Below, one piece after another: positions 27,047-42,189 of a stretch of DNA of 64,000 nt. Source of the stretch: Pseudovirgaria hyperparasitica (Eukaryota). Location: NCBI GenBank assembly GCA_010093815.1, contig ML996594.1; one strand, written 5' to 3'. A program made the translations under genes and the position numbers. Positions within the stretch are counted from its first letter, which is position 1. Every line of letters starts with the position of its first letter. A model generated the notes under the pieces. The model was not told the DNA's origin. It searched no databases and saw only the letters and a program-made list of their open reading frames with translations.

Positions 27047-30000
27047 ACTAAATTATTACTATTTATACGTGCTAGTAATTTAGTATAACTAGAATAATAA
27101 CGCTAAGTATAACTAGTAGTCCTATAATTATAATAAAATATATCTATAAGCGTCTTGGGTTTAGAGTAAATATTAGCTTTATAGCTAATATTCTAATAGT
27201 TATTATATATAAGTATTAACCCTCTTAGATACTTAATAGACTTATATTCTTTAATATTATATTTATAGTAGACTAGCGGCTTATAGAGCTTAGTACTATT
27301 AGTAGTTTATTAATTACTTCGTTCTTCCCTCTCTCTAATACTAAGTATAGAGTAACTATATTAGAGATTAGATATATTAGAGAGTAGAGGGAGACTATCT
27401 AGATTAGGGGTCGTGTACGTATATATTATATAAATCTTAGAGTATCTATTCTTATCTTACTAAGTATACTATCTAGAACTTTCTACCTCTTAAGAGATAC
27501 GAAGTTAGTAATAATAACTATTATCTATTTAGTACGCGTAATAGTAATAATATTATAGTTTACTTCTAAGAGGAAGCCGAAGTAATTAGTTTAGACTAGG
27601 TTAATAAGAACTATATTATTATTATAACCCTAAGAACCATTCTATAAACGCTATTAGATAAGCTTCTATACCGACTTAGATAGAGTATTAAATGAAGCTT
27701 TATCCGCTATAGTAAGTATAGTTAGAAGTAAGTTTCTAACTATCCCTTTAAATAGATTATGTTAGATAGCGTATATAGAAATATAGAGTATATAATTAAG
27801 TATAATACTATAATAGAAGAGCTTAGTAATAATCTACTAAGTAAAACGTAATAAGTCTATATTATATATTAAGTTATTTACCGTATATATATAATCTCTA
27901 TTAATATTAGTATATATAATATATTAATAGCTACGGATTCTAAATATTTATTAAACGGTCTCTACGAGTAGTATATTAATATTATTTATTATATAGAGTA
28001 AGGTTATTAGCTTACCTAAGTAAGTAATTAGTAATATAATATTTATTATTCTAGAAACTAAGCGTTCTAACTTAGTAAGGTAAGTAGTTAGAAAACTATA
28101 TTATATCTAGCGCTTTATAAAGGAGATCCTCTAGTTCGCGGTCTATATATTAGTACTATTATACTAGTAGATATTAAGCTAGCGTAGATTACTAATATAA
28201 ATAAATATTAGTTACTATTCTATAGTAGTATAATTAATAATAATCCTAAGTATATTACTTTTAAGAATATATATAGTCTTCTCTATTATAACTAAAATTA
28301 GATATATATTATAGACTACCTTATTAATATTTATAATATATAGGGTCTCTATATAAATCTAGGCGTAGATAGTAACTAGGTTCTAGATAGCGAGGTATAG
28401 CTTATTTATTCTATTATACTTCTTCTTAGATATATCCTTATTATAAGTATAATATTTATAGATAGTATATAATAGCTAAGCTATTTCTTTCTTAAAATTC
28501 TTAGAGATCTATTTATATTAGTATTAAGATTTAATAAGTCTAATAACCTTAAGTATAATATAACTAGTATATAGTTTCTATAGATAAGTACGGGGATCCG
28601 TACTATATTCTAATAGTTATTTACTATAGTTAGCCTAGACTTATATAAGGATAGTACTATCTATTATATTATTCTAGGTTAGTCTAATAAGAGGGTCGCC
28701 GTAATAAGATAGTCTAGCTATAGTAAAGAAAACCTCTTAATTAATAGCTTTAGGGTATCTTTAAAGAATAACTAGTATCTTTAGAGACTTATAGTAAGTA
28801 AATATATTACTTATATATTTATATACTTTTTCTATAGTATTATTATAGGTTTTATTAGTTAGACTAATAATAATATATATATATATATTCTATATATTTA
28901 GGTGGAACCTAGTATAGAGAGGTGCGCTATTATATTACTAGATAGAATAACTATCTTAGTAGTATAAGTAATAATAGAAGTACTATTTATTTTATTAATT
29001 AGAAGTATAGCTAGTAGTAGATAAAGCTATAAATAGCTCTTTCTAGCTCCTCTATAGCCGTGAAGTAGAAACTAAGCCCTAAGTATATCTATCGTCTATA
29101 TATAGATATACTATTATTAGAGAGATAGTTCTAAATATATAATATTCTAGAGATTATAGAATCTTTTATAATCTTTAATATAGTAGTTATAGTCAATAGG
29201 TTAAAGATTTAGATAGTTATTACTAAGTATTAGATTCTATATAGAGGGTAGTAAAGGGGATAGAATACTAGAGTAGACTTTAGATAATATTAGAAGTATA
29301 TATATATTAGTAATAGGGCTAGTAATAGAACCTTCATCACTAATAACATCATAACTATATTCTATATTTATATCCTTATTATTATCTAGAGATATAGATA
29401 ATTTAGAAAGAGTAATAAGGGTATTCTAAGGCTCTATACTATAATCTAGAATCTTATTATTAGAGTTAGAGGACCTATATATTAGAGATATAGATACCGA
29501 GTCTATAATAATATTAAGGACTATTATATTAAACGTATTCTAAGCGGCGTAGTTATCTATACTACTATCTCTAGAAGCTTATATAGTATAATAGATTAGT
29601 TTCTAGTATATATTAATATGTTACTTAGTAAGCTTATTATAGATTTATATACTAACTAAAGCTAGAATATCTATAAACTCTATAAGTATAGTAAGAGATA
29701 ATCTAATTATACTTAAACTAGTATTACTAGTCCGAATAAAATATTTAGGACGAGCTTAAGTTATATTAGTAACTATATCTATTAATATAATTAGTATCTT
29801 AGATACTTTAGAAGAATATCTAATCTTATTAAGGACTTTTAGAGTAAGGCATTTAAATAGAAGAACGCCTAGGCAAAATTAAAGGACTTTAAAGTAGTAT
29901 ATATTATTATAATAATTCTTTAAATCTACTTTAAGATACCTATAACTATCTAGTTCTATATAATAGAATTCTTTTATATTAATAGAATAGATAATAGCTA

Positions 30001-31042
30001 AGAGCGCCTAAGTAATATCTAAGAGCTAGATATATCTAATAGTAATATCTTAGAATTAGAATAATAGAAGATCTATCTATTTATCTTATAAGGTACTTAT
30101 AGTAATATATATTAGATAGTAAAATTTCTTATTAAATAACTCGTGGTAGAGAATAGAGATCTAGGGCTAAGTGTTCGGTCTACTTATTATACTATATTAT
30201 ATATAGAGAGTAGTAACTCCTATATACTATAAATTAATTAGATTACTCTCTAGGTTAAGCTTATTATTAAAGCTAGTAAGATCTATAGAGTTATATAGTA
30301 GTAGTAAGATATAAACTATAGTATAAGTACCTAGATCTTTAAAGAATTACTTTACTTATTCGTGTATTATATTAGATCTAATATATAATAGAATAGTAAA
30401 ACCTATACTAAGAAGCTTACTAGCTATAAGTTTAATAATCTAAAAGTTATAAGGGTCTTTATAGAGGCCGGTATTAGTATATAGTATATTAGCTTTATCT
30501 ACTTCGCTTATAATAAGATTAGAAAGTTTAGAAAAATACTTAATAAAGTTATCTACTTACTTAATCTTAAAGATCTATACTATAGAGTAGTTAGATAATA
30601 GAAGAATATTAGTATAATTAAAGTAGAGTAAGCTTATTAAGGATACTAATTTTCCTTTATTAATCTATTAGAAGTAAGTATATAACTTAATCTAAGAGTA
30701 GTACTTGGAGAAATTAAGAAATCTATATATATAACTAATTAACTCTTTAAAGCCGTAACCTTTACTACGAGCCTTAAATACTACTAGCTTAAGCTTAGCT
30801 TAAGTTTTTACTTATTTCTACTTAAGTCTATCTATTTCTCTACTAATACTATAGATATTTCTAAAGATTAACTATAGATTACTCTATATAAGAGAGATCT
30901 AATAGATAGTATAAGTAGAAATAGGAGCCTTACTACTTTAGACCTTCTTAAGTTTATACTTATTATTAGAATAGTAGTTACTAGTAAGTATACTAAAGAC
31001 GAGTGGTTTATTATTAGTTAAGATAGTAGTTATATTATAAGC

Positions 31043-31410
31043 TTCGACTTAAGTATAAGGCTTAGCTTAAATATAAGACTTAGCTTAAATGTAAGACTCG
31101 GCTTAAATATAAGAATTAGCTTAAGTATAAGACTTAGCTTAAATATAAGGATTGGCTTAAGCGTAAGACTTAACTTAAATATAAGACTTAACTTAAATAT
31201 AAGACTCGACTTAAATATAAGAATCGGCTTAAGTATAAGACTCGACTTAAACGTAAGGCTTAACTTAAATATAAGGCTTGGCTTAAACGTAAGACTCGAC
31301 TTAAACATAAGACTCGACTTAAATATAAGACTTAGCTTAAATATAAGACTTAACTTAAATATAAGGCTCGACTTAAACGTAAGACTTAGCTTAAATATAA
31401 GGCTTAATTA
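31043..31410 (+). repeat. 18-bp tandem repeat, ~20 units
   Basis: Unit (G/A)CT(C/T)(G/A)(G/A)CTTAA(G/A)(C/T)(G/A)TAAG; G/C-favouring consensus is consistent with GCT CGG CTT GAG CGT GAG (ARLERE). Confidence 0.92.
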
Positions 31411-31903
31411 TATTAAGCGTAGACTAGTTCTAAATATTACTAAATATAATAAGTTCTTAATCTATATTATAAACTATAAATATAACCTTATTAACTATTA
31501 TATAGAATAGACCTTAAGAGTTAATAGACTTAAGTTTAATAGAGTATTTATATATAGTTATAATTAATATAGAATAAAGTATAGAAGATAAGATTTAGAT
31601 TTAAAAACTAAGATAAGTAGAGAAAAGATTTATAGAAGTTTTCTTTTATAATATAGAGATAACTAAAGGAAGCTAAGATTAACGTAGACTAAAGTAATAG
31701 TAGCTTAAGTAGTATATAAAGTAGGGTAGCATACTACTATTATATAAGTCTAGTAGCTTACTAACTAAGTATATAGTATATTATAGAAGGCTATTAAATC
31801 GGGGCTTAGATAAATATAGATATAAGTAAATAGTATTATATAAAAGTTTAGCCATCTAATATACTAATACTATAGATACTAAGTCTATCTTCTAAATTCT
31901 ATA

Positions 31904-32848
31904 ATAATAATAATAATAATATTAGTGTTTAACTAGGAAGAACTATATATATAGCCATATATATGCTCCACAGGCTTAGGCCTCCTCTAGTATTAGCTGC
32001 TATATATATAAGAAAACCTCCTGTGATTGGCTCCCTAACTAGACCCTGTTACTAACCTAACCTGGCCTAGTCTAAGTCCTCGAATCCCATTAGGTGATAA
32101 ACTTACTTCTTATCCTTATATTAGGCTTTTATTACTATATTAGTACCGGCTCTTAATAACGCCCTAACTAACTATAGTAGATATTACCTTTCTTGTGATT
32201 AGGTAGGTCGCTAGGCTAGGCCTAGTCTTTTATTTCTATATTACCGTGTTTTTTCCTATCTATAGGAATATAGCTTTACGCCGGGTAGTAGTTATTAATT
32301 AAGATAACTAATGCCGGAGGGGGTGTATATCTAATAGGTCCATACCTTAGTACTAACCCTAGCTAGGCCGAATTCGGAAATTATTCTTCGGGGCTATATA
32401 ATCGTCTATAGGTAGGCGGGATACTTAATTAGGTATTACTATCTATTTCGTGGTTACCGAGCCGGAGTAAGTGCGAGCTAAGCCGGATTAGGGTAGATAA
32501 GGCCCCGGTATATAGTGAAAATTCTATGATTCGAGCTAAGCTAGTTATGGGTCTAGCCGCTCTAGGCGTCGCTCTACCACTTAAGGTAGCTTAGTAGGTG
32601 GCTATATTAGGTAATTCTTATTATGTAATAACGGTATAGTCATTTTCATATTATCTAATAGTCGCTTAGAACTAAGTAGTTATATGACGGTAACCTTCAC
32701 GTCACGTGCTCGCTTAGCCCCGTATACTTTTTAATAGAGCGTGCGAAAACTAGTGTGTAAAAAGGTAGCTATTATAGGATTCGAACCCACGACGTTGGAT
32801 AATAAACGCTTCTAGTAATGTAGTATACTACTACTACGCCACCTGGCC
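31904..32848 (-). mobile_element. tRNA-derived SINE, copy 2, inside the TIR element
   Basis: Reverse complement of 1511-2450; 14-bp TSD TTCTAAATTCTATA (31890-31903, 32849-32862). Confidence 0.9.
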
Positions 32849-35360
32849 TTCTAAATTCTATAGTAACTATCTCTTCTAGATAGTAAGTTATTACTAGCTA
32901 TATCTTATCTATTCTATTTATAGTAGAGATACTATATATCCGTTAGTATACTAGTATATATATCTAACTATAGTCTAAATATAACTTACCTTATACTATA
33001 ATATATACTATTAAGCTAATATTATACTAACATTCATAGGTTCATATCTATAAACTCCTCTTCTATAATATTAAAACTAGTAATATTATCTAGTAATAGA
33101 ACTATATAAGAAGAAGGCGGACTTAGTATATCTAGTTATATATAGACTTCTACTATTACCTTAATAACTACTACGCTAGTAGATACTTCCTCCCCGGCTC
33201 TAAATAGTATATAATATTAGACTTTTATATATTCGCTCGAACTCTTAAGTATACTAGTATTATATATTAATTTATAAGGTAATTAGGTTATAATTACTAG
33301 TATATTAATATTAATAGATAGAGTAGACGGGATAGTAGCGCTTAACTCTTCTAATATAATATTAGCTAGCTAATAATATAATAGATAAATATACTAGTTA
33401 CGTTATTATTAACGTCTATTATTTAAGTAGATAAAGCGTTAACTATATCTATATTAAGTAGACTAGGGCGTATCTATATACTATTAATGAAAGACCTAAA
33501 TCTAGTAAGGTATCTACTATATATATAACTCTATATATAACTAATAACTAAAAACCTAAGATAAATAAATAGTATTAGGTCTACGGAAGAGCGATAGTAT
33601 TATACTAGTATATACTAGATATACTAGTATATATTAGTATACGCCGCTTAGTAGTTATAATATATTAATATATACTAATATCTATTAGTATATATATATC
33701 TTAAGCTTATCTACGCGCGCTAGATAGAGGAATTCTACTACTATACTTATAGTATAATATTTCTATATAGTTAGATTATAGTTAATATATTATAGTAGAC
33801 TTCTAAATATACTATTTATATCGCCCATGCGGAAAACCACCTAATCTAGTTCTAAGCCTAGTATCTATTTAATAGTCTACTATAATACCTAGTCTAAACT
33901 ATTCTTATAAAGAATTATATTACTTAACTTACTTAGTAGAATCGAGTATTCTAGATAGATATAACTATATCTATAACCGCCTATGTTACCTAGTATATCT
34001 ATAGATAAGCTAATAAATTCTAATAGTTTATTTATACTAAGACCTACTATATTATATATTTTTATACCCTTAATATTTAACGGTATCGTACTATTCTATA
34101 TAGCTATTATTAGTACTAGAGTAACCTAAGTATAATCACGGATAAGAACTATAGATATATATATATAATATAGTAGTACGGCTACCTTAGAAGATATAGA
34201 TACTAGTAGTCCGATAGTTAAATAACTAGGTTAGCTAGATATATTAGACGGGTTTATAGAGTATATATAATATTATAATAGCTCGTCTAGCCTAGGGCAT
34301 TATTTTAATATATATAATAGTATTTAGCTAACCGCCGCTAGTTATACATAAATACTAAGAATATAGTATTAAGTTAATATATAGTATCTACCTATAAAAT
34401 AGTATAACTACTATTAATAAATATATATTTATCCGCGACTATCTAGAGGTAATACTCTTATTTTATATAGTAGTCCTTTACTTTCTTACTATATAGATTT
34501 AGTAATAGACTAGTAAATTCCTCTTAAATTAACTCGTCTATATATATCTAAAGTTTCTATCTATTAGACGCTCTAAATATATAAAGTATATTAAGACTCG
34601 CTTCTACTCGGCTATTTATTTATAGCTAGCTAGATATAGCTATAGATAGATAGAATAGAGAATAGAGTATATTACTAGGGTAATAGAGAGATAATATATA
34701 TACTCTATATAATAGACGTAGATATAATATATATATTATAGCTATATTAACGCGAGTAGTCCGTATAGTTATTAGTAATAACTCGTTAATTTAATAGAGA
34801 TAGGGAAATATATAACTAGTATCTAATCCCGTACTAATATAGGGCACGTAAAATAACGACGTTAAATATATAATACTCTATATATAATATTAAGTATAAT
34901 AGATAATAGCTCTACTCTAGTAATACTATCTCTATATAATAAAAGAGTAGCGTAGTATATAGATATAATAGAATAGTAGACCGTCTTTATAACTATATAG
35001 ATCTACTACTAAAGAGAAATACTATAAGATCTAGTATATACTATTATAAATATACTATTATCTATTATATTTAGGTATACTAACTCGGCGTATACGAAAT
35101 ATAGATAACTACTAATCTATTATAGTTCGCTATTATTTAAAGTCTAATAAGTAGAACTAAGAAATAAATAGTAGAAATAGTTAGATATAAGAGTTTTTAG
35201 TAATTAGAGAATAGTCTAGATAGCTTAAGGGAAGGATAGAGGACCTCTATAAAGTATATACTTATATAATATTAATATATAAATATTTAAGAGAAGTATA
35301 AAATACTAACTATTATCTCTATAATAGATTACTATTAATTAGTACTATTATTAAGAAGAG

Positions 35361-35370
35361 NNNNNNNNNN
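35361..35370. other. Assembly gap
   Basis: 10 N. Confidence 0.99.
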
Positions 35371-36889
35371 TAATAATAAATAATTATAGTAGTAAACCCT
35401 TATATTAAACACGAATAATGTGATATATTAGTATAGTATATTTATCGATTATAAGAATATATATCTAGTTACTATAGTTTCTAATGGTCTATATAATAAT
35501 ATATATATTAATAATATAATAATATAAGTCTAACTATACTTATAAGACTAGAGAAAGAATAAAGAAAGAGAAGAAGAAATATTAGAAGGGGGAGATACTT
35601 AAGAAAGATATTTCCCTAGTAAGAGCGTTATATACCCGGTATATACTTATTTATACTTATTTATATAGACTTATTATATACCTAGTACTTATTTATTAAT
35701 AGACTCGTTATTTACCTAATACTTACTTAACTATAGACTTATTATATACCCGGTATCTAATAAGATATAAACGTAAATAACGAAAATATTAGAATTAGAT
35801 ATAAGCTAGGTCTAGTAGATCTAGAGATATAGTTTGGATTTTAGGGTATTAATATATATAATCTATCTATATTAGATTAATACTATCTATATCTAGTTCT
35901 ATCTATAAATAAGAATTATTTAAGTTCTATATACCCCTTTTAGAGATATAGAGTTTTTATACTAGCTAGTAATTATTAGGTAATAAGGAGGTGTATCTCT
36001 AGATACTCCTTAGCTAAAATTATAGATAGTTATTAAATATAAGCCTTTTATAGAACTAATTATAATAAACTATAATTATTTCTTAGAGATATCCTAGTAT
36101 AGAATATAACTATTAAGTACTACTATATATAAACTATAACTTCCGCTATATACTAGTATATACTAGTATACTATAGTAGACGATAATAGATAGTAAGAGA
36201 CTTATAATACGCGCCTATATTTTAACGCTATAGTTATGTTTCGTCTATTTATAGTCTAGAAGTCTAGGTTATATACCTTATTATAGATTCTCTAATTAGT
36301 ATATATATTTAACTAGAATAAACTATCTATAACTAACTAATATAATATAATCTATATAGAGTATAGAATATACTCTAGCTCGTAGACACGGAACCTATCT
36401 ATTATATAAGTCTTATTACTAGACCTTTAACCTACTATATATAATAGTATAAGGCTACTAATAGTATTAATATCATCTCTATCTAAGTTATTAAGTAGTT
36501 TAACTAATATACCTAGGAATCGTACTACTATACTACTAGTTATATTAATACTCTCTATATTATATACCTCTAGAAATATATAGACTTTACTAACCTACTT
36601 CCTATTAAGGTAGTTACTACCCTTATTAAACTTCTATACTATTATATAATTCTCTCTAGCCTTACTACTCTTTTATTAGTTATAGATATATCTTATCTAA
36701 ATTAGATTAAAGGCCTCTATAGATATATCTCTATCTAGTTATATTAGTATATATATAGTCTTATATATATAGATAGAAAGGACCTATGCCTATAAAGGGT
36801 CCTTTTTAATATATTTAATATTCGCTTCTTTTAATATATTATCTCTAATAAGCTAATTATAATAGTTATATATAAAGGGTATAACTATA

Positions 36890-39800
36890 ATAATAATAAT
36901 ATTAGTAAACTAGGTAGAGTACCACTCTATAGGCGCATGCCTCCTCTAGTCTAAGCTACTATATAAGAAGAAACCTACGAATAGGAAAAACTCCCTTATA
37001 TCCATAACTACGCTCTATCTATCCTCTCGTTCTTTATATATATAGAGCCCTAGGGGCTACCTATGGGCCTATAGCCTATATTATAATAGTTTACCCTTAG
37101 GCAGCACGTGTAGATACAGAGATTATTAGTTAAGGGCTACCCTTAACTAATAATCGCGGTTCTCCCGGGGTTCTTCTAACGTATACCGGGGTTCTTCTAG
37201 TATATATCGGGCTTCTTCCGGCATATATACGCGGGTCTACTAGAACTAGGGGAGAGGAAGGTATACGAGCATCTATTAGGCGACGTCCTTAGAGTACTTA
37301 TTAAGCTATCGCGTAATGTCGGAGGTCCTCATCATATGTATAAGGGCTTATCTTAGGGTATAGAGGCTAGAGCATATCGCGAGGTAGTAGTATATTATAT
37401 CTCTCCGGCCGTAGTCCTCGTACTAGGGAGATATATCTAGGACGCCTCTCTAGTAGAGGTAATATAGGAGATCTATAGCGCCTATTCGGGCTTAGAGGAG
37501 TATAGATACTTAGGCCTTCGTTAGCCCTTTATATATCTATTTACTTAGTTCCTTCTAAGGCCCTCGAATCTATTCTAGATACCTATTCTATTAGGAGGCC
37601 TACTAGGCTTTAAGTACCTCCCTCTATTTATTCTAGATCTATAACTATATAACGCGGCTAAGCTCCTTAGGGCTCTATTAGCTTAGAATAGTATCCGGGT
37701 TATTTTAAACCTCCTATATAGTCTAGCTTAAGTCCGCCTCTATATAGTATTTATATTATACTTAAGTTTATTCTATAGTAGGGAGGGCCTAGTAATACGC
37801 GTGGATACGTGTACGTAGTACGGCGAAGGTATATACCCTATCTCCTCTACGTTCTTATACTTATTATTTAGTAAAGTATATAAGTCTCTATATCTAGTAG
37901 AAGTCCTATATACTTATTACGTTTATCTCGCGTCGGAGGAGCATCGTATTAGTAGCTTTATATACGCCGGAAATAAGGCGGAGTATATAGTTCTATATAG
38001 ACTTAAGCTTTACTCGCCGAGCTTATATAAGGGCCGTGTACTAGCACTCGTGTCTATATATAAAGGCTAGGCGTGCTAGGGAGACGTATAGCTATCTCGC
38101 CTTATCCTAGGCTATTCCCTACGTGGATGCCGTAATCCGGCGTATAGCGGTTTCTATCTAGAGGGCTCTAGAGACGGCGTGTGCCACCTATGGTCCCTAT
38201 TTTAGCTTATTATTAATTATAACGCCGAGTACTCGTATACTCTATACTAGTAGTTCTATAAAGGCGTCGATTTAGGGGCGACGTACTCCCTCCCTAGTAG
38301 CCCATCCTCTATAGCGGTTAATAAAGTATATAAGCTAGTATTTTTTAGGTGCGAATTTTACTCCGTAGCGCTTTACCTACTAAACGCATTTCTCGTGGTC
38401 TCGTTCGAGTCGTATACATGTTCTACTAGTACTACTATCGACCGCGAGGAGGTATATATCGTCCGTGTATCCGACTACCTCTATATATTCTATTCTCTAA
38501 AGAAGGTCTACTATAAAGAAGAGGAAGAGGATCGGGGAGATAGTACTCCCTTACGGGATGCCGTATACCGTCTCCTTATATTCGCTTTGGTATCCGGGGA
38601 TATATATTTAAGTAGTCCTTTACGCGAGGAAGGACTATATAAATTATATAATCTACTTAGGTATTCGCCTCATCCGGAGGTTATAGATAAGTCTTATATG
38701 GTTTACCTTATTAAACGCCCCTACTATATCTAGGGAGAGTAGCGTAACGACTCGTCCTTATTTCTATATAGTCTAGATAACCTCGAGGATATGTTAAATA
38801 GCTATAATTAGGGAGCTTCCTACCTTCGCCTTCTGGTTTACTAGGAGAAGGCCGTATACCTATACTACTATACTTATCTTCTTAGTAATCATAGCTTCTA
38901 GTACCTTACTAAGGTAGGAGAGGAGGGCGATCGGCCTCCATCCCTTCGGCGTGTTTAGGCTCTTCCCTAGTTTTAGGAGTATAACTATATATACGGTTCG
39001 GAAGCTCTATAGGTAGTATCCTATAAGGGCGCACGCTCGGAATATATGGCCTATAATCGGTAAGGTCGCCTATATGGTTCTCTTATGGCATTAATTCGGA
39101 ATTCCGTCTAGCCCGGGCGCTTTATCGTTCGGGAGTATCTTAATAGCGCCGAGTATATTATTATCCGTGATTTCCCTAGGGATACTTATAGCTTCTAGGT
39201 ATTCCGTGCCGTCGATATCTAATAGGTCTACGGGTTCTAGGAGAGGGAATATAACCTCTTATAGAATCTCTATTTTCTTAAGGCTTATGGAGTACGTCTT
39301 TTCTTAATATATAAGAGGGGGTATAAGTGGTATAGGTGTCGGGGAGGCGGTACTTTTAGCCTATTTTACTATATACTATAGTCTAGTAGTATTACGTATA
39401 TATCTATCCGTAACTATATACTACTATTTACGTTACTTATTACGGAGGACCTTATCTTGTTATCTTCTCGCCTCTCTCTATTTATCCTACGCTTTAGGTA
39501 TATGGTTATAGTATACGCGTATATATAATCTCCGGACTTCTCGCCTATACTCTTATACTTAAGGTATACTTTTCGGGTCTAGGGGTCTATATATTTAGTA
39601 CGGCACGTGTTTATCTCTTACTCCCTAGTACGCCTATAGGAGTGTATTCACGGCCTGGTTAATGGCCGGGCCATTAGATACCTCGACTATAGACGGGTCT
39701 AGGATCGTCGATTCTAGGTCCTTCAGGTACTTTTCCTAGTTAGTGTCCTTCTATAGCCATCGCCCTTATTAGTCTTAAGGGGTGGATATATCTATTATGG

Positions 39801-42189
39801 TCTCTATATATTCGTGGTCGGAGTCTATCTATATAAGGCTTAGGCGGCAGTATTAAGTCCTATTATAAATATATCTAGTGGCTAGGGTAAGGTCGAGTAT
39901 GGATCCGCCCTTATCTTATTTATGTTTTCGCTAGGTAATCTATCCTACTAGTATAAGAAGGTATAGAAAGCCGTGGTATCGGGTGTGTAGTTCTCTAGCT
40001 CGAAGCTCTTCGTAGGTGACGGTTAGTCTACCCTACTAGCTATAATAGAGCTTAAAGTCTTCTAGGAGGATATATTATTCTAGCTCGGTAGTGCCCTTAA
40101 GCATATTATCCGCCTAAAGCGATCGGTTCTAATTATATATATTATATATATAGAGGGGTCCGATATTCGTCTAGAGGTATAGTATTATCCGGAGGTTATC
40201 CCGTTTAGTATACAACTATAATAAGAGTAGAATAGACTTTTAGATATAGAAGAGGACTCTCCTCTCCGGTCCTAGGGGGTATATTATATAATATTCTAGG
40301 TGTGTTATTGGTTTGTTCGTCTAGTAGTGTTTATATAGCTTCTATATAGTAAGTATTATAGCTCCGGTCTCCTTAAGGAGTATCGCCTAGTTCTTACGTT
40401 TATACTATACGTTTATCTATATAATTAGGAGTATATCTTAGTCTCTTATTAGGTGCTGGGGAATATATAGACCTATATATTCGTTCCTCTAAGACGCGAC
40501 TATCCTTATACGGCGGCGGCCTTAGTAATTCCTTAGGGCCGTCCTATTATTAGCTTTCTCGGGATAGTTTACTATTCCTAACCGCTTCCTCGTGAGGAGG
40601 TAGTCTATAGTAGTAGTATTATAGTAAAGAGAGGAACGGTAGTAGGTCGCATCGTTTATAGCTATCTTACTCCCTTTATCCGGATTAAGTAGATATATTT
40701 AGTAACCTATTTACGTTTCGCGCACGTAGCCGACTATAACGGGTACTTACCGTTATAGTTAGAGTACTTCGCCGTATCCCTATCCCTCTAGCCCTCTCCT
40801 CGTGTTCTATAGGGGCACTCCTAGATACTATATTCTTATTAATACTATCTATACCTAGTCTTTTAGGAGTACCGCTATACCGTATACCCGTATCCCTAAT
40901 AGTTAAAGCACTATGTTATCGCCTATACTCTATCCTATAGTTCCGCTATAAGAAGCTCCCCTTCCGCTAGGAATCCCTCTTATATAATTTAATACGCGAG
41001 GGCGGGGTCCTTAAGCTCTACTATTATAGTAGAGTATGCCTTTAATCTAGTTTTAATCCCTTATATATTCTTCTACTATACTCTTACAATCTTAATCCCT
41101 AGGTATTTTTGCTTGTTTAACTATTCTATCCGCGTGATATCCTCTTCTCCGATAACCTATCCGCTTACGTGTATAGAGTATATCTATATTAGGTATATGG
41201 CCGCCCTAATAGAGACGCCTAGAAAGATACTACTAATCGCGTTCGGATCGCGCGAGATGGTCTACTATATAATATTCGTTATCGTGGTAAGTACTACTTC
41301 TCCTAGCGTAAGTTTAGCGGCGACGACGTTTAACTATATTCCCTTTTATTTATTAATCTTACTTACTATATCCTTTAGAGATACTTACTAGACCTATACT
41401 AGGGTGTTCTTATCCTAGATTACGACGCGTATACTACATACTATATCGCCGGTCCGGGGGGCCCGTAGTATAGCCTCCGGTATTACTACTATTTATACCT
41501 ATATACTAGGGTACTTACCTTAAGTAAGTTCCTCCTAGATTCTACGTAGGCTAGCCTCTATTCGGTCGAGTCTACCCTCCGGTTCTCCTAGTTATATCTT
41601 CTTCTCCTCCTCCGTAATTCCCTTTAGGTTCCGGATAAGGTTCTAGAATATATATAGAAGGGTCTTCTAGCCCTCTCCGGCTTCCTTCTCTATACGTACT
41701 ACCTAGTAGTTAATATAATCTAGGAGGGTTTCCCCTCTCGGGGTCCCCTTTATTCCGTCTATCTATAGTGGCGTGCGCCTTTAGATATATTCTACGTTTT
41801 AGATAGGTATATAGTTACCCTTAGTAATATCGCTATATAGCCTTTTCTATCGTACCGGTAGGGGTATATCCGGTATATACCGGGGTATATTAGTGCCTAA
41901 GGCCGCCATATTTATTAGTTAAGGGCTACCCTTAACTAATAAAAGGGGGTTAGCGTATTAGCGTTCTAGTAGCGTGGTCCGTGCCTCTATCTCCGTAAGG
42001 ATTTTAAGAGGGTGTATATATATCTTTACACGGCGATAACGTCTTAGTTTCGACGCTATACGTACGTGTGTATAGTAGTAGTTAGTGTACTCGGTGTACT
42101 CTATCGATTAAGGTATATATCTCGCTGTATTACCCCGAATAGACCAAGTTAGCCTCTTGGGGATGTAAAAGAAGTTTAGAAAACTCTAT
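36890..42189 (-). mobile_element. Full-length Tad1-like LINE, copy 2, inside the TIR element
   Basis: Colinear with copy 1, differing mostly by transitions; 12-bp TSD GGTATAACTATA (36878-36889, 42190-42201). Confidence 0.93.

Larger units (their letters stand above)
26600..31450 (+). pseudogene. Large unidentified gene relic with Q-rich N-terminal and ARLERE-like C-terminal repeats; weak RecQ-type helicase hints
   Basis: Coding-like composition, intron-like GTAAGT near 28794, 15-bp repeat at 26977-27046 and 18-bp repeat at 31043-31410. Family assignment and boundaries are tentative. Confidence 0.35.

Noticed and set aside
31030..31308. 92-aa minus-strand ORF
   Set aside because: Stop-free reading of the 18-bp tandem repeat.
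31043..31410. CRISPR-like array
   Set aside because: Contiguous tandem units with no unique spacers, in a eukaryotic context.
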